Positions 54,017 through 64,000 of a stretch of 64,000 nt of DNA are shown here, piece after piece. A program made the position numbers and the translations under genes. Origin of the DNA: an uncultured delta proteobacterium. Lineage in GTDB: Bacteria > Desulfobacterota > Zymogenia > Zymogenales > Zymogenaceae. The stretch is from contig CAWBYW010000007.1 in assembly GCA_963792965.1 (NCBI GenBank), forward strand, positions 480,001 to 544,000, written 5' to 3'. Below the pieces are notes generated by a model. It was not told where the DNA came from, ran no database searches, and saw only the letters and a list, made by a program, of their open reading frames with translations. Each line of letters begins with the position of its first letter. Within the stretch, counting starts at the first letter, position 1.

Positions 54017-54619
54017 TCAGACCCGTGCTCCCCTTAAAAAAAGCTGGACGATCATATCGGTCTTGTCCGTAAACGGCGCTGTCTTGGGCTCAACCGACCA
54101 TTGGAAGACATAGGCCGAAAGGATTCCCACCAGGATATACGCGGTCTCGATGGGCTTATACGGCTTGAAGGCCCCGGACTCGATACCCTTTTCGATGATG
54201 CCGGTCAGGAACGCGAAGAATCGATCGTATTTTTCCTTGAGGATCCTGCAGTAGTCGACCTTCAGGCTCCACTCGAAGGTCCCCCAATCGGTGATGTAGA
54301 TCCGGAAAAAATCGATGTTTTGCTCGAAGAATTCAAGGAAGATGCGCACGGCTCGCTCCAGCGCGTCCTCCGGCGAAAGCGATTGGAGGTCGGCCCGGTC
54401 GAGCCTCGCGATGAGCTCGTCTGATTTCTCGCTCAGGATCGAGAAATAGACATCCTCTTTATTCTTGAAGAACTGGTAGATGGTGCCGAGGGCAAATTCC
54501 GCCGTTTTGGATATGTCGGCCATGGTGGTGCGAAAATATCCCTTGTCGGCGAAAAGATGAGTGGCCGCCGCCAACATCTCGCCCCGCCTGCGGTCATTTT
54601 CACGTTCTCTTCGGTTCAT
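54017..54619 (-). CDS. TetR/AcrR-family regulator
   Basis: LFADKGY..TTMADI..GTIYQFFKNKE. Confidence 0.92.
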   Translation of the reverse strand: MNRRERENDRRRGEMLAAATHLFADKGYFRTTMADISKTAEFALGTIYQFFKNKEDVYFSILSEKSDELIARLDRADLQSLSPEDALERAVRIFLEFFEQNIDFFRIYITDWGTFEWSLKVDYCRILKEKYDRFFAFLTGIIEKGIESGAFKPYKPIETAYILVGILSAYVFQWSVEPKTAPFTDKTDMIVQLFLRGARV

Positions 54620-54811
54620 CGCCGTCGTCCCATGAAAACCACCCCTGTATGGCTCCCGGCAAAGACAAGTACCCTGGTCTCATACATACCGAGAGGGTTG
54701 GAGAGAACAGGGCTCCGTTAACAACACCTGAGGGCTTATCTCCCCGGTTCCCCGACCCTCGCTTACGGAGAGTTGACGGTCAACCCACGAAAAGGAAATC
54801 TTCCGACCCAA

Positions 54812-54859
54812 TTTTAGAATCCTGGTTCATATTATGAAATCGTTATTCTAAAAAGTCAA
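54812..54859 (-). promoter_or_regulatory. sigma70 promoter overlapped by a long inverted repeat (probable TetR operator)
   Basis: Minus-strand TTGACT-N17-CATAAT; TTTTAGAAT..TTCATATTATGAA..ATTCTAAAA symmetry. Confidence 0.65.
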
Positions 54860-55250
54860 CCCTTTTGAGCACAAAAACCGTCTTTTCCGACATCGCGGAA
54901 TGGCTCTTACCGGGCAGGGACCGAAGGGTCGCTCAGCGGCGCACCCGCAACGCCCACCCGACGAGCCGGTGCCGGAATACGGCGCGCCCGCAGTAGTTCG
55001 GAGGGAGCCGTCGGCACCAAAAAGAGAAGGTCTTTTCCTGGCCCTTCAAAGAGCGGATAATTGAACACAGTTCTATGGAGGAACGTTCTACGATCATGCA
55101 GGGGAATCTCGAGCCATCTCCGTGGGTCGCCCCCGACAAGAACGTGCAGTGCGAAAAGAACGCTCGGTTGGGTCGATAGCCTTTCCCAAAAACGTCCGGA
55201 TCCTCCCTGGAACGGCTATCGTCGCGGGCCGGTACAGATACTCCGCACGA

Positions 55251-56608
55251 TTAGAGACTCAGCCCCGCCTTCTTGTTCTGCTTATTCCAGAACGCACGGA
55301 AGATGATCGAGGGCCCCTTTTTGGTCGGGGTCTTGATAACCTCTTCCGTCCATTTCTTTTCCGCCTTTTGTGCGTCTTCAAAGCAGGCCGGGAAAAGGCA
55401 AAGAGCCTCTTTTTTTTCTCGCCGTCGGAAAGCTTTGCGATTTGCGCCATCACTTTCTCTTCCTCGGCCATGAACCGTTTTTCAAGCTCGTCCCGCCTCT
55501 TTTCAAAGACCCCGATGCGCGTGGGGTAGTCCATGAGCACCGTCCGGTGGAGTCGCTCGTGGCTCCACCAGAGGGATTTGTCGCTGTACCTTCCCGAGGG
55601 CCGGGGACCGACCTCGGGGAGCCGGGCCGCCTCGAAGAAGAAGGGCTTGAAGACGGAGGTACAGGGGGCGGCAGTCCCGGTAACCCAGTGGGTGTTGACC
55701 GTGCCGCGAAGGTGGCAGACCAGTGACCCGGTCGTCTGGCTCATCCGTGACAGCTCGTTTGCGGCATGCATGCAGACCTTATCCATGAAGAGGCCGGACT
55801 GGGGCGCAAACTCGTCCCCTTCGCTCCGATGGTCGCGCAAAAAGGCCATCATCGCCTTCGGATCGACGCTCCCCTTCTTCCCGCTGACAAGCTCCGTGGT
55901 CCTCTTCCCCCTCGGCCGGCACATGGAAAAGGTCGTAAAGAACCAGTCGGAATAGTCGCGGGCAAAATCGAACTCCCGCTCCGATTTTGTCCACCCCTTC
56001 TCCATGGCGGTCTTGACCAGGGTTTTCGACGCCCTGTCGAAATCAGTGGTAATGGTCAGGCCGTTGGAGATGGAATAGACCCCCACGATCCTCTTTGCCG
56101 CCCACTCGTAATCTGCGGTCTCCAGCACCCAGGCCTCGTGGGGATCGGCGATGATATAGGAGTTGTGATAGACAAACTTCTTGTCCTCGAAGCCCGCCGG
56201 CCCCCCCTGGCCGTATTTCGCCAGGAGGTCCGTCATGACCTCGAGGGCGCCTTCGGCGCTGTCCGCGCGCTCAAGTCCGAGCCTGAGGATATCCATCCCG
56301 AGGAGCAGTTTTTCTTTTCTCATCGGGAGCTTGGTGAAAACCGACTCGTTGCCGATGGCCACACCCTTGTCATTGACGCCCATCTCCGCCCCCCACATCC
56401 AGAAGGGACGCGAGATAAAGATAGCCCGCGTCTGTCTCACCTGTGGAACCGTGAGATAGGTAACTTTCAGCTGTTCCCCTTCCCGGTGGGTCCGCCCGGG
56501 ATGATATTCGATGTTTTGGGCCTCGTTGGGTTCCCGGTCGCTGTTCTTCGCGAATATGACCGAGCCGTCCCGGGTGGCCTCTTTCGTGGCGACGATGGTA
56601 TCACACAT
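55251..56608 (-). CDS. Peptidase C69 / secernin-like Ntn hydrolase (frameshift ~55385 near the C-terminus)
   Basis: MCDT N-terminal Cys nucleophile, AKNSDR, WMWGAEMGVN, GMDILRLGLER. Confidence 0.88.
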
Positions 56609-56887
56609 GACTTGGGTTCCTCCGCTCTATCGTGTTGATACGCCAAAAAAGGGGTACATCCTCATCCCGCACGAGGACGCATCGGTAAGATAGCGCGAGT
56701 TTTTGCAGGCGGGTCGGGAAATAGTGGACTGGCCGACCGGTATCCTCGATGCTATACGCCGGACGGGATGAATCATTACGGTAATACTTGCCCTTTTTTG
56801 TTGAGATATAAGAAGAAAACACGTATAATTATACGCGCGATTGTTCCGACTAATCAACAGAAATGACACAACAGAAAGGAGGTTTTA

Positions 56888-58243
56888 ATGAAGACACGGG
56901 GATTCTTACTGGGCATCGCCGTTGCGTGCATATCCCTCTCCTTTTCCTGTTCGACTGTTAACCACAGACTGCTTGTCTACGATCAGCCCACCCCGATAGA
57001 TCGAAACTATGTACCCAAGGACGACGGAGATTTCATCCTGGGGGTGGCGGTTTCGGGGGGCGGGAGCAGGGCCGCGGTCTTTTCGTGTGCGGTCATGAAC
57101 GAGCTCTATAAGCAGGTCAAACTTCCCGACGGCACAAGCATTGTCGACCAAATTGACTATGTGTCGAGCGTCTCCGGCGGGAGCCTCTCCATGGCATACT
57201 ACTGCATGAATAAGCCCGACGTGGACTCCTCTCACACCGATCTTTACGATCAATTCTTCAAGAAATATCGGGCCGACATGCGGGAGAACATCGAAGGGGA
57301 CCTCGTCAAGAGCATCTTTCAGTGGTATCGGATATTATTGACGTCGGAAAAAAAAGGCCTGCTCCTCAAGCAGGAGTTCGATAAACTCTACTTTCACGGC
57401 GCCAAATTTGACGAGCTTGATAAGCGCCAGGCGAATGGATGGTGCCCCACCCTTATCCTGAACGGCACCACGATGGACACCGGGTCGAAATTTCTCTTCA
57501 CCACCCTCTCGCGGGCGAACTTCGACGACGTCCCAAAGGATATCTCGGACAGACTCGCGGCCACGGCTTTCGGCAAGAGCGACTACACGTTCGGCGGGGA
57601 TCTCCTCGGGGTCACCTTCTGCGATGACATCGGGCTTTCTATCGGCGATATGGACGTTTCACGGGCTGTCACCGCCTCCGCCTCGGTCCCGCTGCTCTTG
57701 GGCCCCATCGTATTGAAAGACCAGAAACGATCAACGCCCGAATCCGACTATTACCTGCACGTCACCGACGGGGGCGTCAACGACAACCAGGGCATCGTCT
57801 CACTCATGCAGCTCCTCTACGATCGATTCACCGACATGCCCAAGGGAAAATACCGGGGCGGCATGATCATTCTCATCGACTCCAACCAGAAGATCGATCC
57901 GACCGAATCCGAACACCTGATAAAGGGGTTCACTCTCCTGGGTACGGCCGAGCGGGCCATGAACATCAGCTTTTTCAGGGGCAAGGCCTTCACCTATATC
58001 TCCATCATGTTCCTCACCAGCGCCGACCCCCGTTTCAAGGACATCACGTTTGTCTATATCTCGCCCTACTCGACGGGCGATGAGTCGATCACGAGAATGT
58101 TCGAGGAAACTCCCACGCGCTTCAAGATCGACCCGGCCAAGGCGGATAATCTTGACAAGGCGGCCGAAATTGCCGTGAGCAAAGTCAGGGACATCATCCT
58201 GGAGAGCTATAACGGCTATTCACACACCAGGAAAGGCCGGTGA
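56888..58243 (+). CDS. Patatin-like phospholipase lipoprotein
   Basis: Lipobox SFSC; SGGGSRAA, SSVSGGS, ASASVP, DGGVNDN. Confidence 0.85.
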   Translation: MKTRGFLLGIAVACISLSFSCSTVNHRLLVYDQPTPIDRNYVPKDDGDFILGVAVSGGGSRAAVFSCAVMNELYKQVKLPDGTSIVDQIDYVSSVSGGSLSMAYYCMNKPDVDSSHTDLYDQFFKKYRADMRENIEGDLVKSIFQWYRILLTSEKKGLLLKQEFDKLYFHGAKFDELDKRQANGWCPTLILNGTTMDTGSKFLFTTLSRANFDDVPKDISDRLAATAFGKSDYTFGGDLLGVTFCDDIGLSIGDMDVSRAVTASASVPLLLGPIVLKDQKRSTPESDYYLHVTDGGVNDNQGIVSLMQLLYDRFTDMPKGKYRGGMIILIDSNQKIDPTESEHLIKGFTLLGTAERAMNISFFRGKAFTYISIMFLTSADPRFKDITFVYISPYSTGDESITRMFEETPTRFKIDPAKADNLDKAAEIAVSKVRDIILESYNGYSHTRKGR

Positions 58244-58474
58244 CCCGGCGGTAGTCGGGTGCCAACGCTCCGTGCCGATCGACAATGGTGACACCAAGGG
58301 TACCGGCGCGGTTATTGTCGCCCTTCTTTGAGGCCATCCTGAGGGGTGACGGCCGGACCATGATTCGGGCGCGAGGTTTGCTTTCGTCGGCACGAAATCC
58401 ATTGCGGCCCCAAGGATTCGTGAGCTATTTTTCGACTACCCCTCCCAATCGCTCGAACTAAGGAGATACTCCCG

Positions 58475-59848
58475 ATGTATCTGAGAAGGCTCTTCCTTTG
58501 CATCCTGTTTTGCGGCATCGCGCTCTCGATTGTCGGCTGCGGCATTCGCTCAAACGACGATCTCGTCTACAGCCGACCGAGCCCGAAAGAAAATCCCTAC
58601 GTCCCGATAGACGAGGGGGATTTCTTCCTTGCGGTAACGGTCTCCGGGGGGGGGAGCAGATCCGCGGTCTGGAGCGCGGCGGTACTAAAGGAGCTCTACC
58701 GCCAGGTAAAACTTCCCGGCAACAGAAGCATCCTGGACGAGATCGACTACATCTCGTGCGTGTCCGGCGGGAGTTTTTCTTCGTCCTACTACTGTCTCAA
58801 CAAGCCCGAACAAGACACGACGCATACCGAAAAATACGACGAGTTCTTTTGTCGGTTCCTCGCCGACATGCGCTCGAACGTCCAGGGCAAGATTTTCGAT
58901 GAGCCCAACGAATGGTACCGCATCTTCATCTCCGACGAGCATAAGGGCATCGCCTTCAAGAATGAACTGGACGAGCACTTCCTCCACGGGCGCACCTTCG
59001 ACTATCTTTATAAGCGGGAGGAGAGCGGCGCGTCCCCGACCCTCATCATTAACGGCACCGAGATGGATTCCGGGGCGAAGTTCCTCTTCACGACGTTTCC
59101 TCCGTCGGCATTTACGCATCGAAACCTGATGGGCATCGTAGATGGCGAAAGCACGGGGATCATGAAGAGCAATATCCTCTACGAGGAGGCCGTCCTCGGT
59201 GTAAAGTTCTGTGACGATATCGGCCTTTCCATCGGCGACATGGAGGTATCGCGGGCCGTGGCCGCCTCGACGAGCGTGCCGCTCGTCTTCGGGCCGATCG
59301 TGTTGAAGGACGAGGTTCGATCGACGGCCGACAAACCGGCCTACGTGCACATCAATGACGGTGGCATTTCCGACACGCTCGGCCTGGAGACCGTCATGCA
59401 GCTCTTCCTGGACCGCTTTAACCGCCCCAAGAAGAAGAGCTTCCGGGGGGGACTGGTGCTCATCATCGACGCAAATCAACACCTGGACCCCGAGGATTCC
59501 ATATACTTCGTGAAGGGCTTCGGGCCCTTCGCTCTCGTCGAGCGAAGCCGTGAGATCATCACCTATCGGGGGAAGAACCTCGCCTATCTGACGATCATGC
59601 TTCTCCAGCAGGATCCCCGCTACCGGGACATTCGTTTCGTTTACCTGTCACCCTACATGACCGACAACACCCGTGTAATCAATATCGTAAAGAAGACCCC
59701 CATACGGCTCAAGATTAAGCCCGAACAGGCCGACAACCTTGAATACGCGGCAAAGCTCGTCGTAGGGGCGGCTAAAGACCGTATTCTTGCGAACTTCAAC
59801 GGAAAGGACGTTCCAACCGAGGAGCCGGCGTTCATCGAACAGAAGTAG
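58475..59848 (+). CDS. Patatin-like phospholipase lipoprotein, tandem paralogue
   Basis: Lipobox IVGC; SGGGSRSA, SCVSGGS, DGGISD; colinear with the previous gene. Confidence 0.85.
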   Translation: MYLRRLFLCILFCGIALSIVGCGIRSNDDLVYSRPSPKENPYVPIDEGDFFLAVTVSGGGSRSAVWSAAVLKELYRQVKLPGNRSILDEIDYISCVSGGSFSSSYYCLNKPEQDTTHTEKYDEFFCRFLADMRSNVQGKIFDEPNEWYRIFISDEHKGIAFKNELDEHFLHGRTFDYLYKREESGASPTLIINGTEMDSGAKFLFTTFPPSAFTHRNLMGIVDGESTGIMKSNILYEEAVLGVKFCDDIGLSIGDMEVSRAVAASTSVPLVFGPIVLKDEVRSTADKPAYVHINDGGISDTLGLETVMQLFLDRFNRPKKKSFRGGLVLIIDANQHLDPEDSIYFVKGFGPFALVERSREIITYRGKNLAYLTIMLLQQDPRYRDIRFVYLSPYMTDNTRVINIVKKTPIRLKIKPEQADNLEYAAKLVVGAAKDRILANFNGKDVPTEEPAFIEQK

Positions 59849-60506
59849 CCCAGTACGTTGAGACGGCAATCAAGAACTGCCCCGCGTAGTACGGGATAAG
59901 CGAGAGTCTATTGTACCTCATGGGGATACGAAACCGGTTGATCGCCAGTATCAGATCCGAGATGTAGAACAACAGACTCCCCCCCGCCACGAGGACGGAG
60001 AAGAGAACACCGACGCGCGCCACGTACAGGGTCGATACCGCGGCCGACGCCATGAAAGAGATGATGAGAATGTAGAGGGCCACCGGCGCCTTCATCGTGC
60101 CGAGCCCCCCGAGGAGATAGATGTAAACGGCCGTTCCCAGCCCGAAGAACAGTGCCGAGATATAGGGGAGCTCCGGGGCGGCACCGGAAAATGCGATGAA
60201 CGCGACGCCGTAGACGACGTGGGCGACTAAAAAGAGGATCAGGCCTATTCGAAATGCCGTCGCCTTTTCCTGGAACATGAGGGCCACGTCCCCGCCGAAG
60301 GATAGGAAGAGGCCGAGGGCGATCGCGAGAGAAAAGGAGCGGTCGGCCCCGGTCACGCAAAGGGAAAACAGACACGTCACGATGACAAGGATCGTGGATA
60401 ACGGTTTGGTGATATAGATTCCGGCCCTCTTCTTGCGAATCTCGAAGGATACGAGTAACGATACCGATACCGCAAGCAGGGGGAGAATGAAAAGATACGG
60501 TCCCAT
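59832..60506 (-). CDS. YhhN / lysoplasmalogenase family membrane protein
   Basis: TKPL, SFGGDVALM, GLILFLVAH, LFYISDLILAINRF, YYAGQFLI. Confidence 0.85.
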   Translation of the reverse strand: MGPYLFILPLLAVSVSLLVSFEIRKKRAGIYITKPLSTILVIVTCLFSLCVTGADRSFSLAIALGLFLSFGGDVALMFQEKATAFRIGLILFLVAHVVYGVAFIAFSGAAPELPYISALFFGLGTAVYIYLLGGLGTMKAPVALYILIISFMASAAVSTLYVARVGVLFSVLVAGGSLLFYISDLILAINRFRIPMRYNRLSLIPYYAGQFLIAVSTYWATSVR

Positions 60507-60638
60507 CGCTTCTTTCCTCCAGATATCCGCCCGTATAGTATCAATAAAGTGCGATAAAATAAAATGCTTTTGTTTCCTTTTCAAAGAAAGGAAATCGTGA
60601 TAATATAGTCAGAATTACCGTTACTCAATGGAGCCTTT

Positions 60639-61178
60639 GTGATGCAAAAAACCTCGACCGCGGTGCTCCTCGTTTTTACCTTTCTGGTCGTCTCCGCCTT
60701 CAAGGATGCCGCCTTCTCCCCGTTTGAGAACGGCAAGTACGGGTATCGCATCGAAATCCCCGAGGGTTTCGTCATGGAGGGAGACTGGGGCAAGCAGACC
60801 TCCTGGATGTATCAGCCGGGTGAGGGCGAGGAGTTTGAAGAGGCGGTCCGGCCGATCATCAGCGTCGTGGCCTCAGACATCCCCAGCCGCTTCTCTGCAA
60901 ACGCACTCTACAATACGAAGGTCAAGAAGATCCAGGAGATGATCGCAGAGAAGGACTCGCCGTATGATGACCTCGAGCTCCTGACGCTCACCGGGGGGTA
61001 CGCCCTCATGTATAAAGAGGTCGATAGGGACGATTCCCAGGCCCTCAATCATTGGTATGTCAACGTATACGGGAATAATAGATATTACATTATCGAAATC
61101 TCCGGCACGCACAGCCAGCTGAGAAAGTGGAGCTCGGAGTTCAAACACGTCGTGGAGAGTTTTGCGTTGGTGCCGTAG
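60639..61178 (+). CDS. Exported hypothetical protein (PsbP-like pattern)
   Basis: Signal peptide; FENGKYGYRIEIPEGF start and ..FKHVVESF end. Confidence 0.55.
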   Translation: MMQKTSTAVLLVFTFLVVSAFKDAAFSPFENGKYGYRIEIPEGFVMEGDWGKQTSWMYQPGEGEEFEEAVRPIISVVASDIPSRFSANALYNTKVKKIQEMIAEKDSPYDDLELLTLTGGYALMYKEVDRDDSQALNHWYVNVYGNNRYYIIEISGTHSQLRKWSSEFKHVVESFALVP

Positions 61179-61263
61179 CGGTCGCCTCACCGCCGGACTC
61201 TGAAGCGATTGGCCTTCGGTGCCGTAATAGATTACTACATATATATATTATGATGGAACTCAT

Positions 61264-61731
61264 ATGAGAAAGACAATAAACAACGCCATTCACTCGGGAA
61301 AGGTAAAGAAGATCGCGCTCATCGCCCACGACGCGCGTAAGAAGGACCTCCTGGAATGGGCCGATTTTAACAGGCTGACCCTCTCAAAGCACAAGCTCTT
61401 CGCCACCGGCACCACCGGACAGTTCCTTCACGACGAGCTCGGCCTCCGGGTCACCTCCTTTAGGAGCGGGCCGCTGGGGGGAGACGAGCAGATCGGGGCC
61501 AAGATCGTGGACGGTGATATCGACTTCATGATCTTCTTCTGGGACCCCATGTCGTCACACCCCCACGATCCGGACGTCAAGGCGCTGTTAAGGATAGCGG
61601 TGCTCTACAACATCCCCGTGGCCTGTAATCGATCAACCGCGGATTTTGTCATCTCTTCGCACCTGATGGATGAGGAGTACGACAGGGCCATGGTCGACTT
61701 CGAGTCGCGGATTAAGCGGGAGATACCGTAG
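61264..61731 (+). CDS. mgsA: Methylglyoxal synthase
   Basis: IALIAHD, ATGTTG, SGPLGGD, FFWDP, PHDPDVKALLR. Confidence 0.95.
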   Translation: MRKTINNAIHSGKVKKIALIAHDARKKDLLEWADFNRLTLSKHKLFATGTTGQFLHDELGLRVTSFRSGPLGGDEQIGAKIVDGDIDFMIFFWDPMSSHPHDPDVKALLRIAVLYNIPVACNRSTADFVISSHLMDEEYDRAMVDFESRIKREIP

Positions 61732-61812
61732 ACCACCCATACGGGACATCGTTTCACGCATCGCCCGGTAGGGAGATACTATCCTATTCAGATATAATAG
61801 CAGGAACGACCA

Positions 61813-62253
61813 TTGAGCAGAATCGAAACCGCCGTATCCACCTTCAACGAGGGGTTCTCCTGTTCCCAGGCGATCTTTTCGGCGTTCTCGGAGGAGCTCG
61901 GCCTCGACCCGACGACCGCCCTCAGGGTAGCCGGCGCTTTTGGCGGGGGTATGGCCGCAACGGCCAAAACCTGTGGTGCGGTAACGGGTGCGCTGATGGT
62001 GATCGGCCTCAGATACGCCATGGTGATTGCCTCCGACGACGCCGCCAAGAAAAAGACCTATGATATTTCGCGCGAGTTTATGCGTCGATTTGCCGAGAAA
62101 AATGGCTCCATCGTGTGTGCAGAGCTCCTCGGCGTTGATATCTCCACGCCCGAGGGCCATAAGAGGGCGAAGGATGAGGGGTTGACAAAGAGCCTCTGCC
62201 CGGGGTTTGTCCGGAGCGCGGCCGAGATCATCGAGGAGATCCTCTCAGAATAG
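61813..62253 (+). CDS. C-GCAxxG-C-C family redox protein
   Basis: FSCSQA, FGGG, CGAVTG, two further Cys; TTG start. Confidence 0.85.
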   Translation: MSRIETAVSTFNEGFSCSQAIFSAFSEELGLDPTTALRVAGAFGGGMAATAKTCGAVTGALMVIGLRYAMVIASDDAAKKKTYDISREFMRRFAEKNGSIVCAELLGVDISTPEGHKRAKDEGLTKSLCPGFVRSAAEIIEEILSE

Positions 62254-62603
62254 TCTTGACAAAACTCGTAAAATCGTAAAAAGTATAGATACATACGTCC
62301 TCGAACCGAGGCTCTCGGAGCAGATAAAAGAGAATGGATTTTCATATCGTGATTAAATTCCTGATCCGATGAGGTGAGATCACGGGACCCGTGAGGTCCC
62401 GTCGGCATCCCTCATCGTCCGTCTTCCCGCCCACGGGATAGCGTCTCCCCACGCCCCGTCCGGGAAGACCGGGCACGGGGCGACAATGCACCATCCCAGA
62501 ACAATCAGAATAACGAAAGACGTCGAGGAAGTCGCTCCCCTCACCTTTTTCCTTGCCCGGAAAAAGGAAGCACATTAACGGTCGTCTCACAGATGAGGAA
62601 CCC

Positions 62604-63755
62604 ATGATCTATCTTGATAACGCCGCTACTTCATTTCCTAAGCCGCAATCAGTCGTCGACGCGGTCTGTGACTTCATGACTCGCATCGGCGCAAACCCCG
62701 GCAGGTCTGGCCACCGCCTCTCGGTGGAGGCGGAAATAGTCCGCGTAGAAGCGCGGGAGCGAATCGCGCGGCTCTTCAACGGCACGGACCCCCTGCGCGT
62801 GGTCTTTACCGCCAACGTCACCCATGCGATAAACCTTGTGCTCTTCGGGCTGCTGAAACCCGGCGACCGGATCGTCACGACGGCAATGGAGCATAACGCC
62901 GTCATGCGGCCCCTCAGATTCCTTGAGACGCGGGGGGTAAAGGTGGCATTGGTCGCCGCCGCGCCCGACGGCACGGTCGACCCCGCCGACTTTGCCCACG
63001 AGCTGGAAAAAGGCGCGCGGCTTGCCTGCTCACTGCACGCCTCAAACGCCGTCGGCACGATAATGCCTATCGGCGAGATCGGGCGGCTCTGCCGGCGGTA
63101 CTCGGTCCCCTTTATGGTTGACGCCGCCCAGACCGCCGGCAGCTATGGCATCGACATGGAGAGGGACAACATCGACATCTTGGCCTTCACCGGCCACAAG
63201 GGACTCCTCGGACCGACGGGGACGGGCGGCCTCGTGCTCGGCCCCGATGTCGACGAAAGATCGATTGTCCCCCTCGTCCTCGGGGGCACCGGGAGCAGGT
63301 CGGACAACGAGGCACAGCCCGATTTTCTCCCTGACCGGTTCGAGAGCGGTACCGCGAACATAGCCGGGATCGCGGGGCTTTCCGAATCCGTCCGGTGGGT
63401 CACTGAAAAGGGAGTCGACACGATCCGCGGACGCGAGATACGGCTGGCCGAAAGGCTCATCTCAGGGCTGGTGGATATTCCGGGCGTTACCGTCTACGGA
63501 ACCAAAGACATGAGCAAGCGGACGGCGGCGGTCTCCTTTCGGGTCGCCGGAATCGACAACGCCGAGGTGGGCGGTCGCCTCTGCGATGATTTCGACATCA
63601 TGTGTCGGGCCGGGCTCCACTGCGCCCCCCGCGCCCACATGACGATGGGGACCTTCCCCAAGGGCACCGTGCGGTTGAGCATCGGCCCGTTCAACACCGA
63701 GCCCGATATCGACGCGGCCATCCTCGCCGTCGAGGCGATAGCCGGAAAAAAATGA
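62604..63755 (+). CDS. Class V aminotransferase, cysteine desulfurase family
   Basis: MIYLDNAATSFPKP, EHNAV, DAAQTAG, TGHKGLLGP, RAGLHCAP. Confidence 0.9.
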   Translation: MIYLDNAATSFPKPQSVVDAVCDFMTRIGANPGRSGHRLSVEAEIVRVEARERIARLFNGTDPLRVVFTANVTHAINLVLFGLLKPGDRIVTTAMEHNAVMRPLRFLETRGVKVALVAAAPDGTVDPADFAHELEKGARLACSLHASNAVGTIMPIGEIGRLCRRYSVPFMVDAAQTAGSYGIDMERDNIDILAFTGHKGLLGPTGTGGLVLGPDVDERSIVPLVLGGTGSRSDNEAQPDFLPDRFESGTANIAGIAGLSESVRWVTEKGVDTIRGREIRLAERLISGLVDIPGVTVYGTKDMSKRTAAVSFRVAGIDNAEVGGRLCDDFDIMCRAGLHCAPRAHMTMGTFPKGTVRLSIGPFNTEPDIDAAILAVEAIAGKK

Positions 63756-63817
63756 GACGATACCGGTGTTCATTTCGACCCCCTCATGATATGATGTTCG
63801 CACGCTGAATATGTACT

Positions 63818-64000
63818 ATGGGTGACTTCTCGGTAATTTTGACCTTCTCCACGGGATACGCCATACGGGCGCAGAAAGTGCTGGCCGAATCGGGAATCGA
63901 GTCGAAGCTGATCCCGGTTCCGCGCCGTCTTTCCAGCGACTGCGGCGTTTCCGTCCGCATCCGCCGGACTGACGGCACCTCCGCGGAAGAAGTCCTCAAG
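63818..64000 (+). CDS. DUF3343-like small protein, truncated by the window end
   Basis: MGDFSVILTFSTGYAIRAQKVL..LIPVPRRLSSDCGVSVRI, translated by hand; follows the desulfurase. Confidence 0.7.
   Translation, partial: MGDFSVILTFSTGYAIRAQKVLAESGIESKLIPVPRRLSSDCGVSVRIRRTDGTSAEEVLK

Noticed and set aside
54860-55250. Intergenic stretch checked for tRNA or small genes
   Set aside because: No cloverleaf or T-loop consensus and no convincing RBS-led ORF
62254-62603. Possible riboswitch or ncRNA before the cysteine desulfurase (hairpin ~62452-62483)
   Set aside because: Only a generic GC hairpin; no aptamer consensus that I recognise
61813-64000. Selenoprotein recoding in the C-GCAxxG-C-C / desulfurase / DUF3343 genes
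   Set aside because: All motif positions are Cys codons; no in-frame TGA needs read-through

Overview
GC-rich bacterial chromosome segment. The gene content (Ahb haem pathway, rpoH together with hrcA/CIRCE, bamD, gmhA) suggests a Gram-negative anaerobe of the Desulfobacterota/deltaproteobacterial type; this taxonomy is inferred. Most of the window is housekeeping: ispA-dxs-tlyA, hisB, ccdA, mnmG, sirC-hemA-hemC-cobA/hemD-ahbC, gmhA, dusB, a diadenylate cyclase, rpoH, bamD, hrcA-grpE-dnaK-dnaJ and mgsA, plus many lipid-related enzymes. About 14 otherwise intact genes carry single-base frameshifts, most likely long-read assembly indels. The accessory hotspot at ~12.3-17.4 kb holds (i) a 136-aa orphan protein with a twin-arginine-like leader and 21 tandem Y-x-D/Y-x-N units, a candidate RiPP precursor or repeat scaffold and the most unusual feature here; (ii) a hidden PKKAA-repeat histone-H1-like gene; (iii) an AT-rich ABC-ATPase + DUF4435/TOPRIM pair (PARIS-like defence) bracketed by a 29-bp direct repeat with no integrase; and (iv) an AT-rich VIT1-like gene bracketed by an imperfect direct repeat. 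Also notable are a catalytically degenerate NtrC-like protein in the dusB-fis position, a perfect CIRCE on the rpoH promoter, and a TetR-PAP2-GNAT operon that may make sphingolipid. I recognised no tRNA, rRNA or CRISPR array. All family calls come from motif recognition, not database searches.
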